A stretch of DNA of 64,000 nucleotides from a virus (taxonomy: Duplodnaviria; Caudoviricetes): positions 128,001 through 192,000 of the IMG/VR virus record IMGVR_UViG_3300021254_000020; one strand, 5' to 3'. Shown here piece after piece: positions 1-8,982 of this stretch. Every line of letters starts with the position of its first letter. Within the stretch, counting starts at the first letter, position 1. The notes under the pieces were generated by a model. That model was given only the letters and a program-made list of their open reading frames with translations, did no database searches and was not told the DNA's origin. The translations under genes and the position numbers were made by a program.

Positions 1-134
1 TTTCAGCCATTTGTTCCATCAACTCATCCCGATTCTGAAGAGCTGTAGTTAGCTTGTTAGCCGGAGCTCCTTTTGGGACTGGTTTGATATCGACTGGAAT
101 ATGAGACTTAGTTGATATTTTTGACTCTTTCTTT

Positions 135-338
135 TTAGTAGATGTAGCTTTGGGTTTTGGTTTGGTATCCTTCGTCTTCTTCGTAGTCGATTTCTTTGCT
201 GTTGCCATGATAGTTACCTCCTAATGATTTGAATTTGTACTCATACCCATCATCTATATCATACTCTTCATGATCACGAGTAATATAGAATCTGGGATAC
301 ATAGTAGCATAATGAAGTTGACTTGCTGTAATACACAT
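135..338 (-). CDS. hypothetical acidic protein (67 aa)
   Basis: ORF with GAGGT RBS upstream. Confidence 0.6.
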   Translation of the reverse strand: MCITASQLHYATMYPRFYITRDHEEYDIDDGYEYKFKSLGGNYHGNSKEIDYEEDEGYQTKTQSYIY

Positions 339-349
339 ATTGCTTACCT

Positions 350-427
350 CTACTCTCTGTCTGCCAAGACATAAGCAATCACACTGCCTACAGCTAGTAC
401 AACCACGATAATCGTCCCGACATCCAT
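350..427 (-). CDS. 25-aa single-TM peptide (not in ORF track)
   Basis: GGGGG RBS then MDVGTIIVVVLAVGSVIAYVLADRE*. Confidence 0.5.
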   Translation of the reverse strand: MDVGTIIVVVLAVGSVIAYVLADRE

Positions 428-445
428 ATTTATTTCCCCCTTACA

Positions 446-3145
446 CTATCTGGCTCTAGTAAAATCGGCAATAATATTAGCGCCAGAATTTAGTAGTGCT
501 TTATATTGCTCGATATTCTGAAGCCGTGTTATTATCAAGTCACAATTAGAGAGATCTAACTCTACGTTATGAGAGATAATAACTGCCTGATCAAAGTTCA
601 GGATTTGCATAATAGTGTAAACTAAACTAAAGAACCTCAATCTATTGTCATTGTCGAGATTATTATCTACCTCGTCTAATCTGATTATATTGAATTTCTC
701 AGATGCATTATGCAATAAGACGAAGCTAATAATCATGGATAATTGTCCTAGCTGAGAGGCACTCATCATACTTATATCTGGACGTATGCTACCAGTCTCA
801 CTATCATAGAAGCTGATCAAGAAATCGTCTGCAGTGATCTCGAACTTCTCTAAAGAGAATCGTCCACCAAACATCATTGCCGATAACTGATTAACCATAC
901 TGAGAATCTGATTCATAGTATAATCCATAATCTCAGCTTGAATACCATTGATCCCTACAGATTGTTTTACCATTTCGATTTTGTCGTATAATTGATTATA
1001 GTTATTATAATCTTTTCTATATTGCTCGAATAAAACCATTTGATACTTAGCTTGTTCTATCTGTTTTTGTAAGTCTGGTATAGATATCATAGACACATCA
1101 TTGTATTCTATATTAACGGAATTGAGATCTTCTTCATATTTCTTGTATAGCTCTACATTGTTCAACATAGAATCTATATCTTGAGAGATTTTCTTTATCT
1201 CTTCGGAAAACGTCTCATATTCGCGTTTAATAGCCTTTGCTGTGTTCAGATACTCGACCCTTTGTTTCACGCTTAAAATGGAATTTTGGGTATCTCTAAA
1301 TAAGGCGAGTGCGCTTTGTTTAGAACCCACTAACTCGTTCAATCTAGCACTTTTGTCTTCTACGGAACGTTGTAGCATCCAACTTTCTTTATTTTGATTT
1401 GTTAGACTAGATATCTTCTCTTTAAGAGTCATTATATCGGCACTAGTACTACTTATTAGATTAACGTAATTAGTATATTCCTTATAAGCAGATACGTTTA
1501 TATCTAACTGCTTTAGTCCTACTATACAATCTACGATATGTTTGGTATCCAATACATTTTCTGTATTTGGAAACTTCTTTAGTAGTTTGCTTAGACTAGA
1601 TATATATTTCACTATATCTCTGACTTGATGAACGCAAGATATTAGCTCATCTTGTTCCTTTAGCATCTTCTTAGCATCATCAAGAGAAGATACTAATTCT
1701 TCTCTCATCCTTCTAGCCTGTTCATACTGATCATCTGTCATCATAGAGTTTCTATCTCTTACTAGACTATTGATGAATGGACAGTCATCTAGATGATTAC
1801 AATCTTTAGGGATTTTAGCATAATCCTCAGTTCTATTTATTAGATCCATTTGTGTAGATATACTACTCTTAACCTCGTCTAGTTTCAGTTCTAGAGATGA
1901 TATTAGTTTAGAGTAGTCATTCACTTTAGGATCACAGTTAATGTACTGGATACTCTTAGATAACAATCCAGGAGTGAATTGGTTTCCTAATACACTAATA
2001 GTATTATTGAATCTCTCTATAGCTCCTACAGCTACAGTATATTCTCCCTCTGTAATATTATTATACTCATGAAATCCTAGCTTCTCAAAGCATTCGATAT
2101 AAAATTTCATCTTCTTCTCAGCTTGTTGTAATCTATTCTGAGTGTCTTCTAATAAACCAGGATCAAATAGGGATTTCAGCTTAATAGTATCAGCTTCTAG
2201 ATCACTTCTTAGATCAGATTCCATTTTAGTAATCTTATCTAACTCTTCTTTATAGTGTTCTAGTTTAGTCTCTAGCTGTATTTCTTCTTTCTCTTTTTCT
2301 TTTAATTCTAACTCATCAAAGTTCTTAGCCTCATCTGGAATATCATCTATTTTATTTTGCATATCTCTTCTCTTATTCAAGAGATCAGTATATATCTTTA
2401 TAGGACTACCATCCTTATCTAAGAGATTCATATTAGCTTTAATCTCTGATTGCTTAGCTAATAACTCATCTCTCTTTCTTTCTAGTATCTTTAGTTCATG
2501 ACCATTCTTATCTAGATTAGCTTTGATTACTTCTATATTTCCTAATTGAGATAATTTAGCATTTAATGCTGTTATCATAGATCTTAGAGTACTATGTTTA
2601 GCGGCTAGGGTTTTATACATTTTTGCATATGGAGCTATAGCACTAACTATAAGAGCCATAAACCGTTTCCTTTCTCCTGGCTTCATAGCCCCAATACCTT
2701 TACTATTGGCTGATATAGCTGATAGTGCCATATAATCATCATTGATATCTAATAGGTCGCAGATGATATCTTTACCACTAGTCATATTACCATTTGGGTT
2801 TAATTCTATTACATTCCCATCTGGATATATTCTTTGGATAAAGCATTTACTACCTTTGCTTCTAGTTGTTCTTCCCTTATATCCATTATAGGTTATAGCT
2901 AATATGGTACCATCATTGAGATCAAACTCAATAGTCTTAATGATATCAGTGTCCTCCATGAATACATTTGGATTTGAAAAGAATGGATGCAATTCGTTTA
3001 TTATGCTTGATTTACCACTACCATTCTCAGATCTGATTACTACTATACGATTCTTACACTTAGTAAAATCGATATTGATCTCAGATCTATTCATTGCATT
3101 CATGATATTAGCATATCCTCTTAGATATAACCGTCGTAATCTCAT
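446..3145 (-). CDS. sbcC: SbcC/Rad50-like SMC ATPase
   Basis: Walker A SENGSGKS, long coiled coil with central C-x5-CP hook-like motif, signature MSASQ, Walker B IIRLDEVD, H-loop ISHN. Confidence 0.9.
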   Translation of the reverse strand: MRLRRLYLRGYANIMNAMNRSEINIDFTKCKNRIVVIRSENGSGKSSIINELHPFFSNPNVFMEDTDIIKTIEFDLNDGTILAITYNGYKGRTTRSKGSKCFIQRIYPDGNVIELNPNGNMTSGKDIICDLLDINDDYMALSAISANSKGIGAMKPGERKRFMALIVSAIAPYAKMYKTLAAKHSTLRSMITALNAKLSQLGNIEVIKANLDKNGHELKILERKRDELLAKQSEIKANMNLLDKDGSPIKIYTDLLNKRRDMQNKIDDIPDEAKNFDELELKEKEKEEIQLETKLEHYKEELDKITKMESDLRSDLEADTIKLKSLFDPGLLEDTQNRLQQAEKKMKFYIECFEKLGFHEYNNITEGEYTVAVGAIERFNNTISVLGNQFTPGLLSKSIQYINCDPKVNDYSKLISSLELKLDEVKSSISTQMDLINRTEDYAKIPKDCNHLDDCPFINSLVRDRNSMMTDDQYEQARRMREELVSSLDDAKKMLKEQDELISCVHQVRDIVKYISSLSKLLKKFPNTENVLDTKHIVDCIVGLKQLDINVSAYKEYTNYVNLISSTSADIMTLKEKISSLTNQNKESWMLQRSVEDKSARLNELVGSKQSALALFRDTQNSILSVKQRVEYLNTAKAIKREYETFSEEIKKISQDIDSMLNNVELYKKYEEDLNSVNIEYNDVSMISIPDLQKQIEQAKYQMVLFEQYRKDYNNYNQLYDKIEMVKQSVGINGIQAEIMDYTMNQILSMVNQLSAMMFGGRFSLEKFEITADDFLISFYDSETGSIRPDISMMSASQLGQLSMIISFVLLHNASEKFNIIRLDEVDNNLDNDNRLRFFSLVYTIMQILNFDQAVIISHNVELDLSNCDLIITRLQNIEQYKALLNSGANIIADFTRAR

Positions 3146-3288
3146 TTAATCACCTCTCAGGATAATTTATGATAGGATATTTCTTACATAACTCTAGGTC
3201 AGTTCTTTCTGAATAAGATATTACAGTTTTATTAGTTGAAAGTATACCTGTATCATCAATTAAAATTATGGATACAGTTCCTAATTTT

Positions 3289-3597
3289 TTAGCTTTCGCT
3301 TTCATTCTTTTTCGGGTATTCATAACTAGCTTCGACTCCTTTTAACCAAAGACCTTCTACCTCTTTTATAATACTGCCATTAGGCTCTGTTATCTGTACT
3401 CTAATTTTAAATTTTCTTCTCTTCTTCTTTGATTTAAAATATGATTTACGGTTTATAATAGGGCATCTAATACTAAGTAAACTATTTCTCAACCAATTAG
3501 TATAATTTTGTGTTTCAGAATTAGTTGCAAATCTGTAGGCAAAATAGTGCTGTCTTTGTTTTATTAATTTATTTACTAATCTTGATCTTGTATTCAT
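3289..3597 (-). CDS. hypothetical basic protein
   Basis: 102-aa ORF on coding strand. Confidence 0.55.
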   Translation of the reverse strand: MNTRSRLVNKLIKQRQHYFAYRFATNSETQNYTNWLRNSLLSIRCPIINRKSYFKSKKKRRKFKIRVQITEPNGSIIKEVEGLWLKGVEASYEYPKKNESES

Positions 3598-3604
3598 ATA
3601 TCAT

Positions 3605-3778
3605 CTACATCCATTTCTTTCTTAAAAATCTATGTGGTTCTCGTTTTTGATGAACTCTTATATTTTTGCATCTAGATATGTTCATGATTTGGATTTTAGG
3701 ATCATCATAAATAGTGTCTTGACTTTGATGATATATTTTATGATATGCGTTAAATATATTTTTCAATCTATTATTCAT
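3605..3778 (-). CDS. 57-aa hypothetical protein (not in ORF track)
   Basis: GGAAGTG RBS, MNNRLKNIFNAYHK...RKKWM*, downstream of early-type promoter. Confidence 0.5.
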   Translation of the reverse strand: MNNRLKNIFNAYHKIYHQSQDTIYDDPKIQIMNISRCKNIRVHQKREPHRFLRKKWM

Positions 3779-3858
3779 AATATCACTTCCTTTATAGTGC
3801 TGTTTTTGAGTATATCAAATATGAGGGAGAGTAGGATTTAACCTACTCTCCTCACTAT

Positions 3859-3868
3859 TATAGTATAT
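3859..3868 (-). promoter_or_regulatory. early-type phage promoter motif ATATAYTATA (1 of 13 copies)
   Basis: copies at 3859,12768,18959,23720,32356,35129,35725,36887,45835,54343,56021,58737,59890; all intergenic, same strand, upstream of genes. Confidence 0.75.
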
Positions 3869-3871
3869 GAT

Positions 3872-4171
3872 TCAAAATCTAATTTCGTATACCAAGGCTC
3901 CTAGACAGTCAGCAGCAAAATCTCCACTATCCCATCTATCATCCACTACCAATTCTTTAGTAGCACCAATGGCTGCTACTGTAAGAAATCTCTCAAAGGC
4001 ACTCATCTTAGTATGTCTAGCTAACTGATCATTGATCAGGTATGACACAGCAAAATGAGCAGCCTTATCAGCCCCAATATTATCTTGAATATTATGAATT
4101 ACGTTTGCGTTACACTGGGTAGGAATAATAAGGGTAACTGCAAACAACATAGCAAGAAACCACTTCTTCAT
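3872..4171 (-). CDS. small exported/membrane protein, YfiM/VanZ-like
   Basis: signal peptide; DKAAHF...KE...D..AD..G pattern. Confidence 0.6.
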   Translation of the reverse strand: MKKWFLAMLFAVTLIIPTQCNANVIHNIQDNIGADKAAHFAVSYLINDQLARHTKMSAFERFLTVAAIGATKELVVDDRWDSGDFAADCLGALVYEIRF

Positions 4172-4195
4172 AATTCTCCCCCGCTTTAAATTCTC

Positions 4196-4567
4196 TTATT
4201 CGTCCCAAGTTACGGTGAAACCAATAGCAGTATCGCCTTCCATAACTTCTCTTACTACATATCCCAAAACAAATAAGTTGTTAATAACTGCTCCTCTTAG
4301 TTTAGGTTTAAAATCCATGGAAGCAGATGCGTATAATACGCTCAGTGAGTATTTGCCTTTAATGGCTTGGGCTTTGATTAGATTAAGAACTCTAGCAGTC
4401 AATATATTGATATTCTCTTCATCAGTATAAGTGTCTGCCTTTGCCGATAGTTCTTTCATCTTAGTAGCAGTGAAGTCATCAAAATCAACTACTACCTCTT
4501 CTTTGGTATCGTTTTCCGCTCCAGTTCCCTCTTTGGGAACATTGTTTAATTGTTCTTCATCAGCCAT
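4196..4567 (-). CDS. hypothetical protein
   Basis: AGGAG RBS; late-type promoter upstream. Confidence 0.7.
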   Translation of the reverse strand: MADEEQLNNVPKEGTGAENDTKEEVVVDFDDFTATKMKELSAKADTYTDEENINILTARVLNLIKAQAIKGKYSLSVLYASASMDFKPKLRGAVINNLFVLGYVVREVMEGDTAIGFTVTWDE

Positions 4568-4591
4568 AGTATAACTCCTTTCTATATCAAT

Positions 4592-4604
4592 TTACACTGT
4601 TGTC
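4592..4604 (-). promoter_or_regulatory. late-type promoter motif NACA-N6-TA (1 of about 10 copies)
   Basis: minus-strand copies near 4593,5231,7249,7602,20383,23677,28415,34040,41955 and plus-strand copy 54373-54384, each shortly upstream of an RBS; resembles AR9 nvRNAP consensus AACA-N6-TA. Confidence 0.6.
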
Positions 4605-4652
4605 TAAGAAAAATAAAACACGAGGAGCATTACGCCCCTCGTGCCTGTGTTA

Positions 4653-5195
4653 TTACTCAAGAATGGTTTCGAACTTAACACTCTTAGTCATTTCATTAGT
4701 GGTCAACAGAACTACCTTCTTGCTAGTATCAGGAGCTACCGCCTGAGATTCAACAGCAAATATATAATTCGTGCCTTTAGTGATCTGAGTAGCCAGCAGA
4801 GCAAACGGTTTTACATTAGAACCAACGAACCCGGCCAGGCAAACATCATAGGATGCTTTTGCATCAGCCGGAATATCAGTCTTAACGTCGATCTTAACTG
4901 CACCACAGCCTTCAGAGCTTTTTACTACCGGAGTGATTGATACGAGAGAGAATCCGTCATCTTGTTCATTCAGAACGATAATGACTACATTCTTAGTATC
5001 ACGACCAGTAGTCAGCAGTTGTTCAGCGAGAATAGCATGGTTGAGACCATTTACTACCTGATCACCCAGATAAGCAATCGGAGTATATTCTGCCCCAAAG
5101 AATCTGGAGAAGACGTCATAGAAAGCAGTAGCTACTTTTTCAGGCATCTTATCAACAGTAACATTTACATTCCAACCACCAAGTACATTCGACAT
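4653..5195 (-). CDS. two-repeat cystatin-like protein
   Basis: N-terminal GGW; repeats YTPIAYLGDQVVNGLNH and VKPFALLATQITKGTNY (QxVxG-like). Confidence 0.55.
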   Translation of the reverse strand: MSNVLGGWNVNVTVDKMPEKVATAFYDVFSRFFGAEYTPIAYLGDQVVNGLNHAILAEQLLTTGRDTKNVVIIVLNEQDDGFSLVSITPVVKSSEGCGAVKIDVKTDIPADAKASYDVCLAGFVGSNVKPFALLATQITKGTNYIFAVESQAVAPDTSKKVVLLTTNEMTKSVKFETILE

Positions 5196-5291
5196 TAGAA
5201 TTCCTCCTTACAAAAAAGATTGGATACGATTATGACTATGTATTCCTTATAAAAAAGAAAAGAGAGGAGAATAACTCCTCTCAAATCTTAT

Positions 5292-5762
5292 TTATTTCTT
5301 TTCGGATTTCTTTTGCTCTATCAGGATATCTCTAACCTTCATAAGAGCTTTACCAAGAGCGTTGTATCCCTTACCAGTATCTTGACGTACTCCAATCCAG
5401 TCATCCATATGAGTAACCACATGCACCAGATTCTTAGGATAAGTAGCTATCAACCAGTTTGCTAAAACCTGATTCTTGAACTTCAGTAACAATACCTTTT
5501 CTAAGTAGAATTCTTTGTTCTCCTCATAATCCTCATTGTAAGGAAGATTTGCTGCTTTCTGCCTAGCCTTATTAGGACTCAGCCTAGCAATCTTTCTCAT
5601 TATCTTGGGATTAGTACTCTTTAGAGCATAGAATAGAGTAGCAGCGCATGGGTACGTTTCTCCTTCATACTCAATAGCACTTGGGAACTCCAAGGTCAAA
5701 TACTTATAACCAGTCTTTACGAAGTCACGAATCTCTCCATTAGTTTTGCTTACAGTTGACAT
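5292..5762 (-). CDS. NADAR/YbiA-family protein (divergent)
   Basis: IEYEGETYP...K, SPNKAR, KF..NQ.L...L..T, GKGYNALGKALMKVR. Confidence 0.8.
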   Translation of the reverse strand: MSTVSKTNGEIRDFVKTGYKYLTLEFPSAIEYEGETYPCAATLFYALKSTNPKIMRKIARLSPNKARQKAANLPYNEDYEENKEFYLEKVLLLKFKNQVLANWLIATYPKNLVHVVTHMDDWIGVRQDTGKGYNALGKALMKVRDILIEQKKSEKK

Positions 5763-6641
5763 TTACTTTTTCTCTCCAATCTTCTTAATCTGTATTAAAG
5801 TAATAGCTGGATCTCTATACTCACTAGCATTCAATATCTCCATAATCTTCAGAATATTCTCTATCTCTCCAGGATTGTTTACAAAGAACTGATCGTCTAG
5901 TGCCCAGTTCTCATAATCCATTAATTGATAGAGCATAGGTTTAACTTCCTTCTTTATTCTCTCCTTAACGTTAATTACACAGTAGCTACCCAGCCTCTTG
6001 TCTAAGAGACAGCTGTAATAGTTATAGGCTACCAGTATACTGCTTATGCCATATACAGACATAGTATCATATGGATAACACGTACTAAATGCAGTATAAT
6101 TCTGAGTAACTGTATTGATCATATCCATGAGATCTTCATATACGCTTTCCTGAATCCATGACCAATACTGCTCTCTATAGGTAGGAGTCTTTTTCTCTAT
6201 ACTACCATCTGGCTCAAATATACTACTCATGTGTTTAAAGGATTGTTCTATAGTATCCTCTAGCACAATGAAAGTACCATACTTATAGAACTGATCTGGG
6301 ATATGAATAATGCACTTACCCATATCCTTAACCACATGCTCTTCTAGAATAGTACTTTCTCCATTATGCAATGATAAATTACCAATGTTAACTCCTCTAA
6401 CCATATAGAAGCAGAATCTATTAGGATCATTCTCTTTATCTCCATATGCGTCTGTAGAGATAATCCTCATGAACCATCCTTCTCTGAAGAATACGTTATC
6501 AGGATACAGACTCTCTAAGATCGTTCTAACCTTTTCTGGTTCGTCCTTCCCCATCCATCTAGTAATAGTGTCGGCATGAATGATATAATCTCTTACGAAT
6601 GCACCCATCCTAAATGGATTAGGACCAAGATTCTTTGTCAT
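5763..6641 (-). CDS. hypothetical protein
   Basis: 292-aa ORF in operon. Confidence 0.75.
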   Translation of the reverse strand: MTKNLGPNPFRMGAFVRDYIIHADTITRWMGKDEPEKVRTILESLYPDNVFFREGWFMRIISTDAYGDKENDPNRFCFYMVRGVNIGNLSLHNGESTILEEHVVKDMGKCIIHIPDQFYKYGTFIVLEDTIEQSFKHMSSIFEPDGSIEKKTPTYREQYWSWIQESVYEDLMDMINTVTQNYTAFSTCYPYDTMSVYGISSILVAYNYYSCLLDKRLGSYCVINVKERIKKEVKPMLYQLMDYENWALDDQFFVNNPGEIENILKIMEILNASEYRDPAITLIQIKKIGEKK

Positions 6642-6645
6642 TTAA

Positions 6646-6951
6646 TTATCCCCTTTCATCTACATAACCTATCAGGTTCATACCCTTTTTATTTATTCTC
6701 TCCTGATCTTCTGCTAACTTGTAGTATTCAGGAGTTGTGATACCATAAATAGAGCTAGTCAATCTAACCTTATTATTACAAGTTGGGCATACTCCAGTAA
6801 TATCTTTATCTTCTCCTATAATCCTTTCTAGAGTTCTTCCGCCAGCCGATGGTAATCCTAATTGATATACGCTAGTCAAGTACAGTAACCGAGAACCACA
6901 TTTTGGGCACAAGCCAAAGTCTCTAGTCACTACTTCTTTCATCTTTTTCAC
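6646..6951 (-). CDS. zinc-ribbon protein
   Basis: CPKC...CPTC. Confidence 0.7.
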   Translation of the reverse strand: MKKMKEVVTRDFGLCPKCGSRLLYLTSVYQLGLPSAGGRTLERIIGEDKDITGVCPTCNNKVRLTSSIYGITTPEYYKLAEDQERINKKGMNLIGYVDERG

Positions 6952-7225
6952 CTTCCTCCGGTTCTGTTATTAATACGCTCTCAAAATATTTAGTATGTGC
7001 TTTTAGAGACTCGAATGGATTATCATATTCTTTATTCTCCATTTCTAAAATCTCTTGTCTTGTTTTCTCAAGAACTTCTTTATCAATTCCATATGTATCA
7101 TGGATCTCATCAATCATCTGCTTATCAGAATGGCTTTGTATTATCATTTGCAGTATTGTAACAGCAGCTATTCTTGCTAGAGTATCTTTATCTAATTCAA
7201 TCAATTTCTTTTTTAGTGGATGCAT
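6923..7225 (-). CDS. hypothetical protein, paralog of 57959-58225
   Basis: MHPLKKKLIELDKDTLARI vs MHPLKRELSKLSKDELVRL. Confidence 0.7.
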   Translation of the reverse strand: MHPLKKKLIELDKDTLARIAAVTILQMIIQSHSDKQMIDEIHDTYGIDKEVLEKTRQEILEMENKEYDNPFESLKAHTKYFESVLITEPEEGEKDERSSD

Positions 7226-7280
7226 TACGATTCCTCCCGTATTATAGTTATGACTGTGTTACCATGATCTTAATAAATTA

Positions 7281-7310
7281 AAGAGAGATAGCTATTATGC
7301 TATCTCTCTC
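7281..7310. terminator. intrinsic terminator hairpin (representative of more than 20)
   Basis: GAGAGAGATAGC-loop-GCTATCTCTCTC; similar hairpins near 3825,4620,5262,8950,11704,16045,18927,21258,22597,23757,25316,28441,29228,34067,36441,37036,39230,42043,51309,56053,58240,59922, mostly with a T-run on the minus strand. Confidence 0.75.
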
Positions 7311-7315
7311 ATCTT

Positions 7316-7573
7316 TTATAATAAATGTCGCGTGTAATGGACTTTCCGAATATCCCCTTCTCGTACTATAACCGAATCTGGATATGCTATCTTACTCTTA
7401 TCTCTAATGATACTAGTATAAGCTTTAGCAATACCACCTTCGGTTACAACAGTCCCTAGCTTGAAGTCATTACTACTCATTGTTTTAGTGACGCTCTTTA
7501 ATTGGGTCGCTTCAGTCTTACTGTATATCCAATATCTCTTAAATATGCTATTAACGTCTGCCATAATAATCAC
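7316..7573 (-). CDS. hypothetical protein
   Basis: GGGGTG RBS; late-type promoter. Confidence 0.65.
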   Translation of the reverse strand: MIIMADVNSIFKRYWIYSKTEATQLKSVTKTMSSNDFKLGTVVTEGGIAKAYTSIIRDKSKIAYPDSVIVREGDIRKVHYTRHLL

Positions 7574-7615
7574 CCCTTAAAAAAAGTTGTATTCAAACTT
7601 TTACACTTATGTGGG

Positions 7616-8035
7616 TTATATCAATTCTCCCAGATGCTGAGTGGATCCAAACAAGGATTCAATTATCTTAAATATCTTTCCTCTACGTGGACTTCTAACG
7701 ATAACATTAATCTTGACTCTATTCGTCATAATTAAGGTTATGACTCGTTGTAAGAAATGAGGATCCATAGCTTCAATGTACTTCTCCTCTTTTTCATTAA
7801 TCATAATATAGCCACGATCATCTTGTTTCAGTATCCACATCTTGTCTCCTGGTAGGAATGAAAAATAGTTATATTGATACTCTTTGCTAGTTATGAATGA
7901 TTTCCCTGGTCCTCTATCACAGTAACCAACATTAGTTCCATTAGATTTATAAGTCAAAATGAATATATCACCATATCTAACCCCATGTTCCCTTAATACT
8001 TTTTTTAATGGTCTAGCATTTATTGCTGCGTACAT
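7616..8035 (-). CDS. hypothetical protein, tandem paralog of 8040-8519
   Basis: GVRYGDIFILTYKSNG vs GIRYGEPFMVTHSNG; both end LG..I. Confidence 0.7.
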   Translation of the reverse strand: MYAAINARPLKKVLREHGVRYGDIFILTYKSNGTNVGYCDRGPGKSFITSKEYQYNYFSFLPGDKMWILKQDDRGYIMINEKEEKYIEAMDPHFLQRVITLIMTNRVKINVIVRSPRRGKIFKIIESLFGSTQHLGELI

Positions 8036-8039
8036 AATC

Positions 8040-8519
8040 TCACACCTTTATCTGTTTTCCTAATTTATCTTTACTGAAGATAGATAAACTGAGTAGCCTT
8101 ACTAAGAAATTACTTCTATATCCAGTAGTGATAGGAACTACTTTTAGAGTACCACTTAATATACAATCTCTAATCTTATTCAGAAACTGATCTACTCGTT
8201 CTCTATCAGCAGGGGTGGAAATCCATGCTGGAGATCTAGTGATATGGATGCAATTTTCGTATTTAGATCCATCTGGATTGTATAGTTGTAACGTATCGTT
8301 GTACTCATTAGGAAGTTTAGATCCATAAAAACAGAATAGATCTATCATATACTCTGGATGGCAATTACGCATTCTAGAATAGGAATGGGATATGTATCTA
8401 CCATCACCATTAGAGTGCGTGACCATAAATGGTTCTCCATACCTTATTCCTAGATTGTGCAAGTATCTACCTAACTTCCTATTGTTGTCTTCAATCAATG
8501 TTACCATCCTCCTAATCAA
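8040..8519 (-). CDS. hypothetical protein, tandem paralog of 7616-8035
   Basis: see partner. Confidence 0.7.
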   Translation of the reverse strand: MIRRMVTLIEDNNRKLGRYLHNLGIRYGEPFMVTHSNGDGRYISHSYSRMRNCHPEYMIDLFCFYGSKLPNEYNDTLQLYNPDGSKYENCIHITRSPAWISTPADRERVDQFLNKIRDCILSGTLKVVPITTGYRSNFLVRLLSLSIFSKDKLGKQIKV

Positions 8520-8528
8520 ATTGTGTAT

Positions 8529-8711
8529 TTAGTTTAATAAACTCATTAAGTGATCATATTGAGTTCCAGATAGTCTATTGTTATCATATGCTTCTTGGAT
8601 CTTATACTGAAGATCTTCTTCAGTTATACTCACGTTTTCACCATCCACTACATCTGCTACCAGTCTCAATAATTTATGATAGTCGCAAGGTTCAAAATAA
8701 TTGTCATACAT
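8529..8711 (-). CDS. small hypothetical protein
   Basis: 60 aa; C-terminus EAYDNNRLSGTQY resembles neighbour EAYANDIITKEQC. Confidence 0.6.
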   Translation of the reverse strand: MYDNYFEPCDYHKLLRLVADVVDGENVSITEEDLQYKIQEAYDNNRLSGTQYDHLMSLLN

Positions 8712-8719
8712 AATAACAC

Positions 8720-8917
8720 CTACTTTCCCTCTAATACATCAAATATATTAGTACATTGCTCTTTAGTAATTATATCATTAGCATAAGCCTCATATGCTTT
8801 AGCTTCTAAATTAAATCTCCGATTCTTGACCTTACTATCATTTTCATCTAATTCGCTTATCTTTTTAGCTCTTCTCAAGTATTGATTATAAATGATATTA
8901 GGTCTAGTTTTTGCCAC
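8720..8917 (-). CDS. small hypothetical protein
   Basis: 65 aa, GTG start with RBS. Confidence 0.6.
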   Translation of the reverse strand: MAKTRPNIIYNQYLRRAKKISELDENDSKVKNRRFNLEAKAYEAYANDIITKEQCTNIFDVLEGK

Positions 8918-8982
8918 TTCTTATCGCCCCATTTTAGAAAATAAAATAAGGGAGAGGGAATTATATCCCCTCCCCACCATAA

